Shown here: piece by piece, positions 8,945 through 17,772 of the stretch
Position numbering within the stretch: position 1 is the first letter of the stretch
Layout of the letters: each line of letters begins with the position of its first letter
Assembly: GCA_051874735.1 (NCBI GenBank)
Contig: JBJEGD010000016.1
Location: forward strand, 73,250-137,249
Length of the DNA: 64,000 nucleotides
Source: Candidatus Bruticola sp.
Lineage (GTDB): Bacteria > Vulcanimicrobiota > Xenobia > Xenobiales > Xenobiaceae
Direction: 5' to 3'
Notes under the pieces: model-generated
What the model was told of the DNA's origin: nothing
What the model saw: only the letters and a program-made list of their open reading frames with translations
Database searches by the model: none
Translations under genes and position numbers: made by a program

Positions 8945-10981
8945 TTAGCCGTCAATCATTTTCTTTTCTTTTTCGAACATATCGCTAATCTGCTGTCTAG
9001 CAGTGGAACCTGAGGTCGCTGAACCGTCTAAAGAGTCAAGACCTAAAGAGCCGAGCTCAATTTTAGTAGCAAAAGTTTGATTATGTATTTCAGCTGCTAA
9101 TTTTTCCGCTGTTTTTTGAGCACTGTTGTCCAGCTTTACTGAGGATGATGAAAGGATGCGCCCGTCTAGGCCGTACAGCTCAGCAGCCATTCTGTCGCCA
9201 CGCATGGAAATGCGCATAGTCAAACCGGTATTAGTCACTTTGAAGCGAGGCGATTTGTTGAGCATGTTGATAAGCTGGCGGCAGGCAGCTGAGCCGTCTC
9301 CTTGGCAGGTAATTGGTACGCTAATTTCCATGTGACGTATAGAAGTAGGTGTAGATAAAATCAGCTGAGCGTAGCTGTTAGCAGATGTTTGGAAGTCTCC
9401 TTGATCGTAAGCTAGCTGAGCTACTCTGGCTAAGGCTATGGAGCGCATTAAGCGGGCTGCTTTAGGGAGAGTAACTAGGGTCTTTTTATAATTTTTTAAG
9501 GCTGTATCTCTATTGCCGAACTGATAAGCTATTTCCGCTTTATGAAGCAGGAGATACGGCTCTTCTACAGGCAGATTGTCAGGGGCTGAAGTGATCACTT
9601 TATCAATGGCCGTTGCACAGACTCCGGGACCTAAGATACTTATAAGCAGCGGTTTATACCATTCTGAGGCACTAATCGACTGAGAATTGTAAGGACGAAA
9701 GCTGCTGCCGACGCGTTTGTGTTTAGTCATCAGAGAGCGCAGGCGAGAAGAGGAACGCCACAATTCATAATTAATAGTTATGATCTTCCAGCGTATAGGC
9801 AGACTTTTTAGCCAGGGAGTCCAGCTCAATTCTTCGCGCAGACATTCACGCATCGCTTTTAAGGCAGCATACCAAGTGAGCAGATTACCGCCTTCTGCCT
9901 GATCGATATCTAAAGAAGTTCCTCCCTGACGGTCAGGGCGGTTAACCAAACTTTGCAGCCTGGTGCAGGCCTCTGGAATAAAGCCCAGTTCCATGAGTAG
10001 AGTTCCAGTGGTCTGCAGATTGTCCGCCATAAATTGCTGATAAAGAAAGGGACGCAGGGCTTTGGATCGTTCGTAGGTCTTTTTTAGGCAGCTGGCCGCG
10101 TCGGCAAATTTGGCTTCAGAAATGTAAAGATTAGTTAAATCGCTGAAAGGATTAGTGTAAGATTGATCGTTAAAAGGCACTCTGGAAGCTTCATTAAAAT
10201 ATTCTTCAGCTTCATCAAAACGCCCTAAAGCTAAGGAAGCTTCCCCGCAGTTGCGCAATACGGTAGGATCTGGTTCTTTGCCCTGATCTTTCAGTTCGCT
10301 GATTAAGTTCCTGAAAGCATTATAAGAGGCCTGATAGTTGCCGCATTCCGATTCCAAAGCTCCCAACGTGTTCCACGCAATATTTCTGGCAGATACATTG
10401 CCGGAATTGAAAGCATCTGCAATAACTCCGCGAGCCTCTGCTTCGCGATCTAGTTTCATAAGCGGCCAGGCCTTATCTACCTCAAAGTATTGAAAGCCAG
10501 GCAATTTAGAAAGTTCGTCTACAACCTCTATCTTATCTTGATAGGCGTCCATCTCTCCCAATATTTGGCTTAATTCGATTTGAATGCCAATAAGAAGAGA
10601 CGGAGAAGCGTATGAGTCTGAAGATCTGAGGCGCTTAAGCAGATTTTTCTTCGCTACTTCTAGATTGTGACGGGCCCGCGGTAGATCTCCCTCTGCACAG
10701 TAAAACACAACGCCCAGAATAGCATGGCCTACAGGGGAATTCTTGTCTTGTTTGATCTTTTCTTCAGCAAACTTACGCCAAGCGATCATATTTTCAGTAT
10801 CGTTGGCGATGTACATAAGTTCTTGGCCGCCTATATTTCTTTTGCTTAACGTTTCGAAAGTGTGGGAACTTTCCTCACTTAGGGCCGGGCTATTGAGAGG
10901 CGCTAAGATTAAGCCGATAGCTGCCATCAGCAAAATCAGTATAGTTCGATAAACTTTATTTAAGCTGAGCGAAAATACCAT
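8945..10981 (-). CDS. Exported TPR-repeat protein
   Basis: Signal peptide; helical TPR-like units (AWNTLGALE..GNYQAS, CGEASLALGRFDEAEEYF). Confidence 0.75.
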   Translation of the reverse strand: MVFSLSLNKVYRTILILLMAAIGLILAPLNSPALSEESSHTFETLSKRNIGGQELMYIANDTENMIAWRKFAEEKIKQDKNSPVGHAILGVVFYCAEGDLPRARHNLEVAKKNLLKRLRSSDSYASPSLLIGIQIELSQILGEMDAYQDKIEVVDELSKLPGFQYFEVDKAWPLMKLDREAEARGVIADAFNSGNVSARNIAWNTLGALESECGNYQASYNAFRNLISELKDQGKEPDPTVLRNCGEASLALGRFDEAEEYFNEASRVPFNDQSYTNPFSDLTNLYISEAKFADAASCLKKTYERSKALRPFLYQQFMADNLQTTGTLLMELGFIPEACTRLQSLVNRPDRQGGTSLDIDQAEGGNLLTWYAALKAMRECLREELSWTPWLKSLPIRWKIITINYELWRSSSRLRSLMTKHKRVGSSFRPYNSQSISASEWYKPLLISILGPGVCATAIDKVITSAPDNLPVEEPYLLLHKAEIAYQFGNRDTALKNYKKTLVTLPKAARLMRSIALARVAQLAYDQGDFQTSANSYAQLILSTPTSIRHMEISVPITCQGDGSAACRQLINMLNKSPRFKVTNTGLTMRISMRGDRMAAELYGLDGRILSSSSVKLDNSAQKTAEKLAAEIHNQTFATKIELGSLGLDSLDGSATSGSTARQQISDMFEKEKKMIDG

Positions 10982-11075
10982 GGGCGCAACTATTCCTTTA
11001 GCTGTTTGCTTATACTAATAATCACAATTTACTTTCATATTTAATGATTATATCTTTGATCATTTCTATGAAAAT

Positions 11076-12086
11076 CTATTTCTTAAGTGTTGAGCGACAA
11101 AGCTCTTCAAGAGGGCCTTTGCAGCATTCTCTTATGACTCTTATCGGATCTTCTATTCCTGCTGCCAATTCTAATCTATGGGCAAATACATATGGCAAGA
11201 GGTAAGAAAGATCTTCGGCAGTTACATAATCGCGGGCTCTTTTTAGAGCGCAAGCTTTGAGAGCTGGCAGCATTAATACTAAACTGCGTGTTGATATTCC
11301 TTGAGTAACATGAGGAGATTGGCGTACTGCGTTGGCCATATCAACTAAGCATTGATTGATGCGATCATCAACATAAACAAACTGATCTATAGTTTGACGA
11401 GCCTCTAAAATAGCTGTCTTAGGTACCATAGGAAAATCTTTACCTGGAGGAGTGCGTCTTTCCTGAATCGAGCGCAAAACATCGAGTTCAGATTCTCTGT
11501 CTATATTGTTCATGCGTATTTTAAAAAGAAAACGATCGTGTTGAGCTACGGGTAAAGGGTAAGTGCCGGCTTGATCTCTGGGGTTTTGCGTAGCAATTAC
11601 GAAAAACAGCTTACCAAGGTTGTGGGAAGCATTATCTACAGTAACTTGTTTTTCAGCCATAGCTTCGAGCATCGCTGCCTGAACTTTTGGAGAAGTTCGG
11701 TTAATTTCATCCGCCAGAACAACGTGGGCAAAAATAGGACCAGGACGGAAAGTAAAACTACCGTTTTCTGGTTCAAAGACGGTCATACCGGTTATATCAG
11801 AAGGAAGCAGATCCGGGGTAAATTGTATGCGCCGGAACATAGTAATCGGAGGTTCTGGATTGTCGTTGTATATGGACTCTCCCAGAGCTTTAGCCAGGGT
11901 AGTTTTACCAGAACCAGGAAAATCTTCCAGAAGCACATGGCCATCAGCTAAAATAGCTATCAAAATAAGCTCGATTACGCGATCACGTCCGCGCACAGCT
12001 CTTTGTAAACGTGACTCCATGGTAAGGAGCAAGTTATAAGCCTTATCTAAACGAGCAGCTTTGTCGGCTTGCGAAGTTCTGTTCAA
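11076..12086 (-). CDS. moxR: MoxR-family AAA+ ATPase
   Basis: GHVLLEDFPGSGKT, RIQFTPDLLPSDITG, LADEINR, ATQNP, GTYPLP; TTG start with GGAGG RBS. Confidence 0.95.
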   Translation of the reverse strand: MNRTSQADKAARLDKAYNLLLTMESRLQRAVRGRDRVIELILIAILADGHVLLEDFPGSGKTTLAKALGESIYNDNPEPPITMFRRIQFTPDLLPSDITGMTVFEPENGSFTFRPGPIFAHVVLADEINRTSPKVQAAMLEAMAEKQVTVDNASHNLGKLFFVIATQNPRDQAGTYPLPVAQHDRFLFKIRMNNIDRESELDVLRSIQERRTPPGKDFPMVPKTAILEARQTIDQFVYVDDRINQCLVDMANAVRQSPHVTQGISTRSLVLMLPALKACALKRARDYVTAEDLSYLLPYVFAHRLELAAGIEDPIRVIRECCKGPLEELCRSTLKK

Positions 12087-12142
12087 GATAAGTTTCCTCC
12101 GTCTGAAATAGACATCATTAGTTATTATTGATAATTAATTTT

Positions 12143-14497
12143 TTAGTGTACGAACAGCCAGGCAAAAGGATTAATGATACCTAGTATTCTCCGCCACCAT
12201 GGAGCGCAAGAAGACAGCTCTGACTTAAAGGCAGAGTAATTGGTCGCACACTCCTTAGTTGTCGGCACGGCGTTGCGTGAGGTAAAGCCAGTTTTTGTAT
12301 TTTCACCCAAATTGCATCGTATATGAGCCTGAGTCAGTTTTTGCAGAGTAGGCGCTTGAGCTGATAGGCGTTCGGCAAATTCTTCTCGCGTTTCCCCGTA
12401 ACGTCGGCGCACGCCTATTTCGGCTAAAGAAACCAAAGCCGCTTTATAGACGCAATCTGCGCGTTTGGAGCCTGCGCTCAAGTGGGCCATCATATGTATA
12501 TAAATCTTATAAATACAGGAGCCTATAAAAGCTGCGATTGCCAAAATAAGCATAAGCCATCCCAAAGCTTTTACTAAGGTCCGCATTTGCATCTGCACAT
12601 CTACAGGCTTTTGAACTTCACCCTCTTCATCGGTAGATTCCTCTCTGGCCATTTCGCCAAACATTTTCTGAAGATCGGCGTCTGGAGGTTCAGGAGGGGT
12701 CACATTAGAGCGTTCAGGAGAAACATCAATCGGATACCAACCTAAATTTTGGATATAAACTTCGCACCAGGAGTGGCCGTTGTTGTTCATGATTAGCAGG
12801 GCAGAACCGCCGTAAGTATTTCTGGCGTCTACCGCATAACCGTCGGCTACGCGGGCTGGAATACCTATAGATCGGCATAAGTAGGCTAGAGCATTGGCAT
12901 TGTGTACACAGTAGCCCACACGATCGCCAAACAAATACTTAGAAACGACGTCATCGCTGTCAGTTATTCTGACATTTGTATCGTAGGTGCTATTTTTATC
13001 CAGCCAGAGCTTCAAAGCGTACACCTTAGCCATGGGCAAATTTTTAAATGAAGTAGGAATATCATTTTGGATTTTGAGAGCTAGCTCTTTGTATCGCTTG
13101 TCGTCAGGCAGTTTGGTATAATATTCAATATCAGCTTCAGACCAATTGGGATTATTAAGTTTGGCTTGCAATAGCGATTCCAGCTTACCTGAAAAGGAGC
13201 GGGAAAAAACTTCATAAGCGCCTATAAATTGGCCGTTGTTAGGATTAGGAGCCGTTTGCATAAGCAAAGGATTTATTAAACCAAAAGGTTTATTATGCTC
13301 GGCAATAAGATTAACTTTGGTAGACACAGCTTTAGTTTGGGCTGCGCTAATTTGGGGAGGGGTAATAGGATTAGCTGAATTCACCTGAGGAAAACCAGAA
13401 GCTGTATCGTGATCGTAACGCCCAGAAATGTCGGCTACTAATTTTCGTCCATTGAAAAAACTTTTAGCATCCTGTCTAAAATAGTAGTACCCTTCTGGAG
13501 GAGTGTAATCATCATTAAATAGAACCACAGCTACAGGCTTAGGCTTAGAGCAGGAAGAACTGTTTTTATCCTGATCTTGATTATTGTTGTTTTCTTGGTC
13601 TTTTGAGTTATTTTGCTGACCGTTATTTTCTTGGTTATTCTGATTTTGCTTATTGTTTTGCTTTTGATCTTGGTTGTCTGAATTTTTTTGCTGCTGATTC
13701 TGATCTTGATTATCTGAGTCCTGATTCTGTCCGTTGCCGCCCCCTTTTTTACCTTTCACTTCTTTCTGTTCGTCGCCTTGGGCTTGCCCGCCGATTATTT
13801 GTTCCGGAAGAGGTTGACGCAAATCTTTGAGGGGCAGAAATATACCTATCAACGAGATTATGACGATTAAGATAGATAAATCGGCAATAGTACGTTTATT
13901 GAAGCGTCCAACTATAAGGAAGATTAAAGCTATAGCCAGAATTACGCCAGCGGCGATAAAAAATGGGACGGGATTCCAGCCTCTTGACCAGAGTGGATCA
14001 ACAAAAAAGTAGGGGCGACTGATAAAGCCGTCTCGATGAGCTGAAAGTGGCAGCAGAGCTATATTGGCAACGATAATAAGTTCTATAGCTACAAACCAAG
14101 GGCGCCGTATACTGATGGCATGAATGGTCATAACTAGCAGCAGAGAGTTAATAAACCAAACTAACCCTTGAGAAGATATGCTGGCACTTTCCGGTGATAA
14201 AAATAGTGAAGATAAGAATGAGCTATTTATAGGAATTTCCGCTATCCAAACCAGAAGGCGATCCAGAATTAGAGCGCCAAGAGTGAAAATTGGAATGCGC
14301 AGTCTGGATGAGGAAAGTCTATACGATAGCCAGAAACCGAGTACACCCCCTACGAATGCACCTAGTATGCCTGTGGAAACTGATATAGTCGAAGCGTTGA
14401 GCGCTAAAATGATCCCCCACATTAAGCTATTGAAAAAGCGCTCTAAAATAGTTCCTAAGCTTAAGAATTTTTTCTTGCCTGGTATAAGCTCGTCCAT
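12143..14497 (-). CDS. Membrane-bound transglutaminase-like protein (TgpA-like architecture)
   Basis: Multi-TM N-terminus, Gln/Asn linker, triad GYC / HSWCEV / DVSP, then a TM and a C-terminal ETREEFAERL domain. ATG 14497 lies just after the DUF58 stop. Confidence 0.85.
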   Translation of the reverse strand: MDELIPGKKKFLSLGTILERFFNSLMWGIILALNASTISVSTGILGAFVGGVLGFWLSYRLSSSRLRIPIFTLGALILDRLLVWIAEIPINSSFLSSLFLSPESASISSQGLVWFINSLLLVMTIHAISIRRPWFVAIELIIVANIALLPLSAHRDGFISRPYFFVDPLWSRGWNPVPFFIAAGVILAIALIFLIVGRFNKRTIADLSILIVIISLIGIFLPLKDLRQPLPEQIIGGQAQGDEQKEVKGKKGGGNGQNQDSDNQDQNQQQKNSDNQDQKQNNKQNQNNQENNGQQNNSKDQENNNNQDQDKNSSSCSKPKPVAVVLFNDDYTPPEGYYYFRQDAKSFFNGRKLVADISGRYDHDTASGFPQVNSANPITPPQISAAQTKAVSTKVNLIAEHNKPFGLINPLLMQTAPNPNNGQFIGAYEVFSRSFSGKLESLLQAKLNNPNWSEADIEYYTKLPDDKRYKELALKIQNDIPTSFKNLPMAKVYALKLWLDKNSTYDTNVRITDSDDVVSKYLFGDRVGYCVHNANALAYLCRSIGIPARVADGYAVDARNTYGGSALLIMNNNGHSWCEVYIQNLGWYPIDVSPERSNVTPPEPPDADLQKMFGEMAREESTDEEGEVQKPVDVQMQMRTLVKALGWLMLILAIAAFIGSCIYKIYIHMMAHLSAGSKRADCVYKAALVSLAEIGVRRRYGETREEFAERLSAQAPTLQKLTQAHIRCNLGENTKTGFTSRNAVPTTKECATNYSAFKSELSSCAPWWRRILGIINPFAWLFVH

Positions 14498-14501
14498 GGA
14501 A

Positions 14502-15872
14502 TCAGACCGCCTTTTCCTGAGCCTGCAAATAAGCGGCAGCATTATTGATGATCCTCCCCGTAGCCAGCTCACATAAAATCATGGGAGTTTTGTCACTCTG
14601 CAAAGCTTTGGCCGCTTCGGCTGGTCCTTTTAAGTTCTGCACAGCTGCGTCAGTGTAAATCCATTTAGCCCATTTTCCTTCTTTCTTAGTTTGGTACTGA
14701 TTATAGTTCGAGCCCAACAGCCAAGTTATGCTTAAATGGGTAGAGCGGACTGCTGCCAGAGCCGGTTTTATCCAGGAACCCGAAGAAGCAGGAACAAAGA
14801 CAAAGCAGCTGTGGTAGCCGCGTTTAGAAGCTTCTTCTAAAAAGTTTTTAAGACCACACAGAGGCTGTGACTCCGAGCAGCCCGACAAAGCCAAAAAGTC
14901 TAAAGCTTCGCCAATTTGGGAAGTTGTGCCGCTGCATCCGTCTGCCCCAAAAAGCCAATTATCTCCTAATATTCTAGACTCTAAAACGGCTCTGGCAAAA
15001 GATGCACTTCCTTCGTCGTTGGCTCCAGAAACTAAATAAGCGCAGGTGCGAGTTTGAGCCGTCAAGGCTCGTTCCGGCATGCGCACTACTAAGCGCCTAT
15101 TCCTAGCGTATACTTTCCAAAGAATCGAACGGGAGGAATCGCCAGGAACGTATTGGCGCATTTCGATTAGATCGCCTTGAGGAGAACCATAAGGATCGGA
15201 TATATCTTCTCCGCCGGCCATGCTCATAGTGATGCTGCTGCTGTTAATGCGGCAAGGATGAGGATAAGCTTTAAACTTTACAGGTTTTTCGCTAGTCCAG
15301 GTTATACTGGCTAAGCCCAAAATATCTTCAACTTTAAATTGCCTGTAAATAGTGTCTGAGCTGCTGCGTTTCCAAGGTGTAATATATTCAGTAATTTTTG
15401 TCATACCTTGTCGGCATTCGACTTCTGCTATAGCAGGACGAAGCCACTTTATGTTGACATTGACGAAAGGAATAGGCGGAAAATCGAGCTCCAAGCCTGA
15501 ACGGGACTGTAAGCCTACCGAGGTATTGAGATCGGGAAGACCAATTTCGCAGGCTTTTTTCCAGCTGAAAGCCAGCCACACAGCGCCTACACTGACGGCT
15601 AATATCATTATAATGCCTACAATCATTAGGGCTACTGAAGCGGAAATCCAAACAATATCATCTTGGCCTAGGGCTATGTAGTAGAAAGTCAGGGCTAAAG
15701 CCGCTATATAGACCGAGCCCATAGGGTTGATAGGAATAAAGCCGCAGACTTTTTTCACAAAATCTAAAAACGCGGTCCAGTATCCTCGCAAAATTGTTAT
15801 GCGGGTTTTCTGGTCTTGAGAGATGTTTTCTGCAGAAGCTTCCCTTGCCGGCTTTTCGGTCAGAATTGTCAT
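14502..15872 (-). CDS. DUF58 (vWA-like) membrane protein, MoxR partner
   Basis: Two TM segments; GDLIEMRQYVPGDSSRSILWKVYAR is the DUF58 signature. Confidence 0.88.
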   Translation of the reverse strand: MTILTEKPAREASAENISQDQKTRITILRGYWTAFLDFVKKVCGFIPINPMGSVYIAALALTFYYIALGQDDIVWISASVALMIVGIIMILAVSVGAVWLAFSWKKACEIGLPDLNTSVGLQSRSGLELDFPPIPFVNVNIKWLRPAIAEVECRQGMTKITEYITPWKRSSSDTIYRQFKVEDILGLASITWTSEKPVKFKAYPHPCRINSSSITMSMAGGEDISDPYGSPQGDLIEMRQYVPGDSSRSILWKVYARNRRLVVRMPERALTAQTRTCAYLVSGANDEGSASFARAVLESRILGDNWLFGADGCSGTTSQIGEALDFLALSGCSESQPLCGLKNFLEEASKRGYHSCFVFVPASSGSWIKPALAAVRSTHLSITWLLGSNYNQYQTKKEGKWAKWIYTDAAVQNLKGPAEAAKALQSDKTPMILCELATGRIINNAAAYLQAQEKAV

Positions 15873-16074
15873 TTTTTTGCTCTTTCATCTTGCTCATTAT
15901 AGCAAAGACTGCAGCTGAGGTTATAACCTGAGCTGACAGGGTGAACTAAAACACAAGTGATTAAATATCGAAGTATACCAGTCTGTTTCCTTTATATTTG
16001 AAAAAATTGTAATTATAGTAAAAATTTTTAATAAAATTGTAGATTTAAATTCTGCATAGTTATATCCTAACAAA

Positions 16075-16839
16075 ATGCAGAGTATTTCTAATTTGTCCGT
16101 CCCTTTAGCTTGGAAAGCTACTGTCAAGCAAGTATTCGGTCTCGATACCGAGATACAGGCTGTGTACTTTTATGAGAGCAAAAAGAACCAGGTGTCCAGA
16201 CTTAGGCTTTTGATTAACGAAGAGAATATCGAAGTTATAACTAAGAAATATATATGGGGAGATATTGATAGCGAAATAGCTGTAATAAAAAAGGCTGACG
16301 GTTTGGAATTGAACGTCCCGCAGTTTTTGGCTCGCTTCTCTGATATAGCCTTTTTTACCCCAGTTCCTGGTAGACTGATGCACAATCCTCTCAGTAAAGA
16401 GGAAGCTGCTGCCTTAGGGCGTTGGCTGAGAGATTTCCATGAAAAGATGACGCCCAGGAGAGCTAGAGGTACCTTTTTGCGCGGCGACTGCAATTTAAAA
16501 AATTTTTATTTTGATGATGAGACGGGTAAAATATACTCCTTTGATTTTGAACAAGCTTATTTCGGACCTTGCGAGGACGACTTAGCCGAGCTTATCGTCA
16601 GCATGCTTTCCGGTGCTGATGGAGACGATATTTGGAATTCACCTCACATACAGGCGATTAAAACTATGCTTCAGTTTTATAAGCGCAAGTTTAGTGCCGC
16701 TTTCCTTTATGAAGAAATTATTCATGGAATGTGTAATCGTATGGAATTTTGCCCGGAATTCATTACGGAGATGCAGACTTTGGTGGCGGAGTTCAAACGA
16801 AATAAACAAGTGCTTTTGCAGCTTTTGTCTGAAAAATAA
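16075..16839 (+). CDS. APH/choline-kinase-like phosphotransferase
   Basis: LGRWLRDFH, RGDCNLKNF (Brenner-type loop), FDFE, DLA. Confidence 0.75.
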   Translation: MQSISNLSVPLAWKATVKQVFGLDTEIQAVYFYESKKNQVSRLRLLINEENIEVITKKYIWGDIDSEIAVIKKADGLELNVPQFLARFSDIAFFTPVPGRLMHNPLSKEEAAALGRWLRDFHEKMTPRRARGTFLRGDCNLKNFYFDDETGKIYSFDFEQAYFGPCEDDLAELIVSMLSGADGDDIWNSPHIQAIKTMLQFYKRKFSAAFLYEEIIHGMCNRMEFCPEFITEMQTLVAEFKRNKQVLLQLLSEK

Positions 16840-16956
16840 TTGAAGTCAGTATTATTTTGGTGCTAAAAACTAAACTAACTAGTTGCCATGTTTATGGCGT
16901 GTTTTTAACTAATTCGGATAGAAGATTGTCTAGCCAGTTGTAGAGGGGAGTTCTCT

Positions 16957-17577
16957 TTGTCGGCTGAACTTGAGTCAAAGCTAAAATCCTGGGGCAATCT
17001 AGGTGAAGAAGCTGATGATTTTGCTTTATGGGAAAAACGCTACAGCTTGAAGGGAAGAGGTCCCAAACAGCCTGAGCCTTTTGTTGTTGAGAGCGTTCAT
17101 TCTATGCCTGCAGGGAGAGTGTTGGACGTCGCTTGCGGAGAGGGACGCCACTCTTTGTATTTGGCTCAAGCATCTACTGAATTTAGAGTACTAGGCCTAG
17201 ATCGCTCTCCGACGGCTATAAAATCTGCTCGACTAAGGGCCGACCAATTAAACATACCCGTTGAATTTGCCGTTCGCGATCTTGAGAAAGAATTTTTGCC
17301 CGACGAATTTTACAGTACTATTGTGGTTACTCGATACTGGCAGCCCGATCTTTGCCCTTGTTTAGCACATCATTTGCTACCGGGAGGGATGTTGGTATAT
17401 GAAACTTACACTTTAGAATATCTGCGTTACGGTGAACGTACCCGTCGCCATTTGCTTAAAACCGATCAACTTAGGGAAACTTTTGAAAATTTAGGTTTGC
17501 ATATTGATTATTATGCTGAAGTAGATCGTCCAGAAACTAGGGAGTATTCAGCCCGTCTTCGCGCAAGAAAATTATAA
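16957..17577 (+). CDS. Class I SAM-dependent methyltransferase (TehB-like)
   Basis: VLDVACGEGRH, GLDRS, LLPGGMLVYET. Confidence 0.85.
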   Translation: MSAELESKLKSWGNLGEEADDFALWEKRYSLKGRGPKQPEPFVVESVHSMPAGRVLDVACGEGRHSLYLAQASTEFRVLGLDRSPTAIKSARLRADQLNIPVEFAVRDLEKEFLPDEFYSTIVVTRYWQPDLCPCLAHHLLPGGMLVYETYTLEYLRYGERTRRHLLKTDQLRETFENLGLHIDYYAEVDRPETREYSARLRARKL

Positions 17578-17684
17578 ATACGCGTTTATATTTTATAAAG
17601 GTGACCTTAATAAAATGGCAAAAATAGTTTGTGTGGCCATTAAACTTTGTTGATTTCTCGGCTTGGTTGTAAAATTAAGCCCAT

Positions 17685-17715
17685 TTTTATATTATTTTAT
17701 ATTATTTTATATTAT
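17685..17715. repeat. Three tandem 10-bp TTTTATATTA repeats upstream of the macroglobulin gene
   Basis: ttttatatta ttttatatta ttttatatta t. Confidence 0.8.
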
Positions 17716-17772
17716 CGAGTTGTATTTTCGAGTTGTGCAAATAAATAAAACAAGTTAGGCAGGTCCGAAGAT

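Noticed and set aside
1044-14576. Short plus-strand ORFs antisense to the minus-strand gene block
   Set aside because: Shadows of well-supported genes; no RBS or motifs
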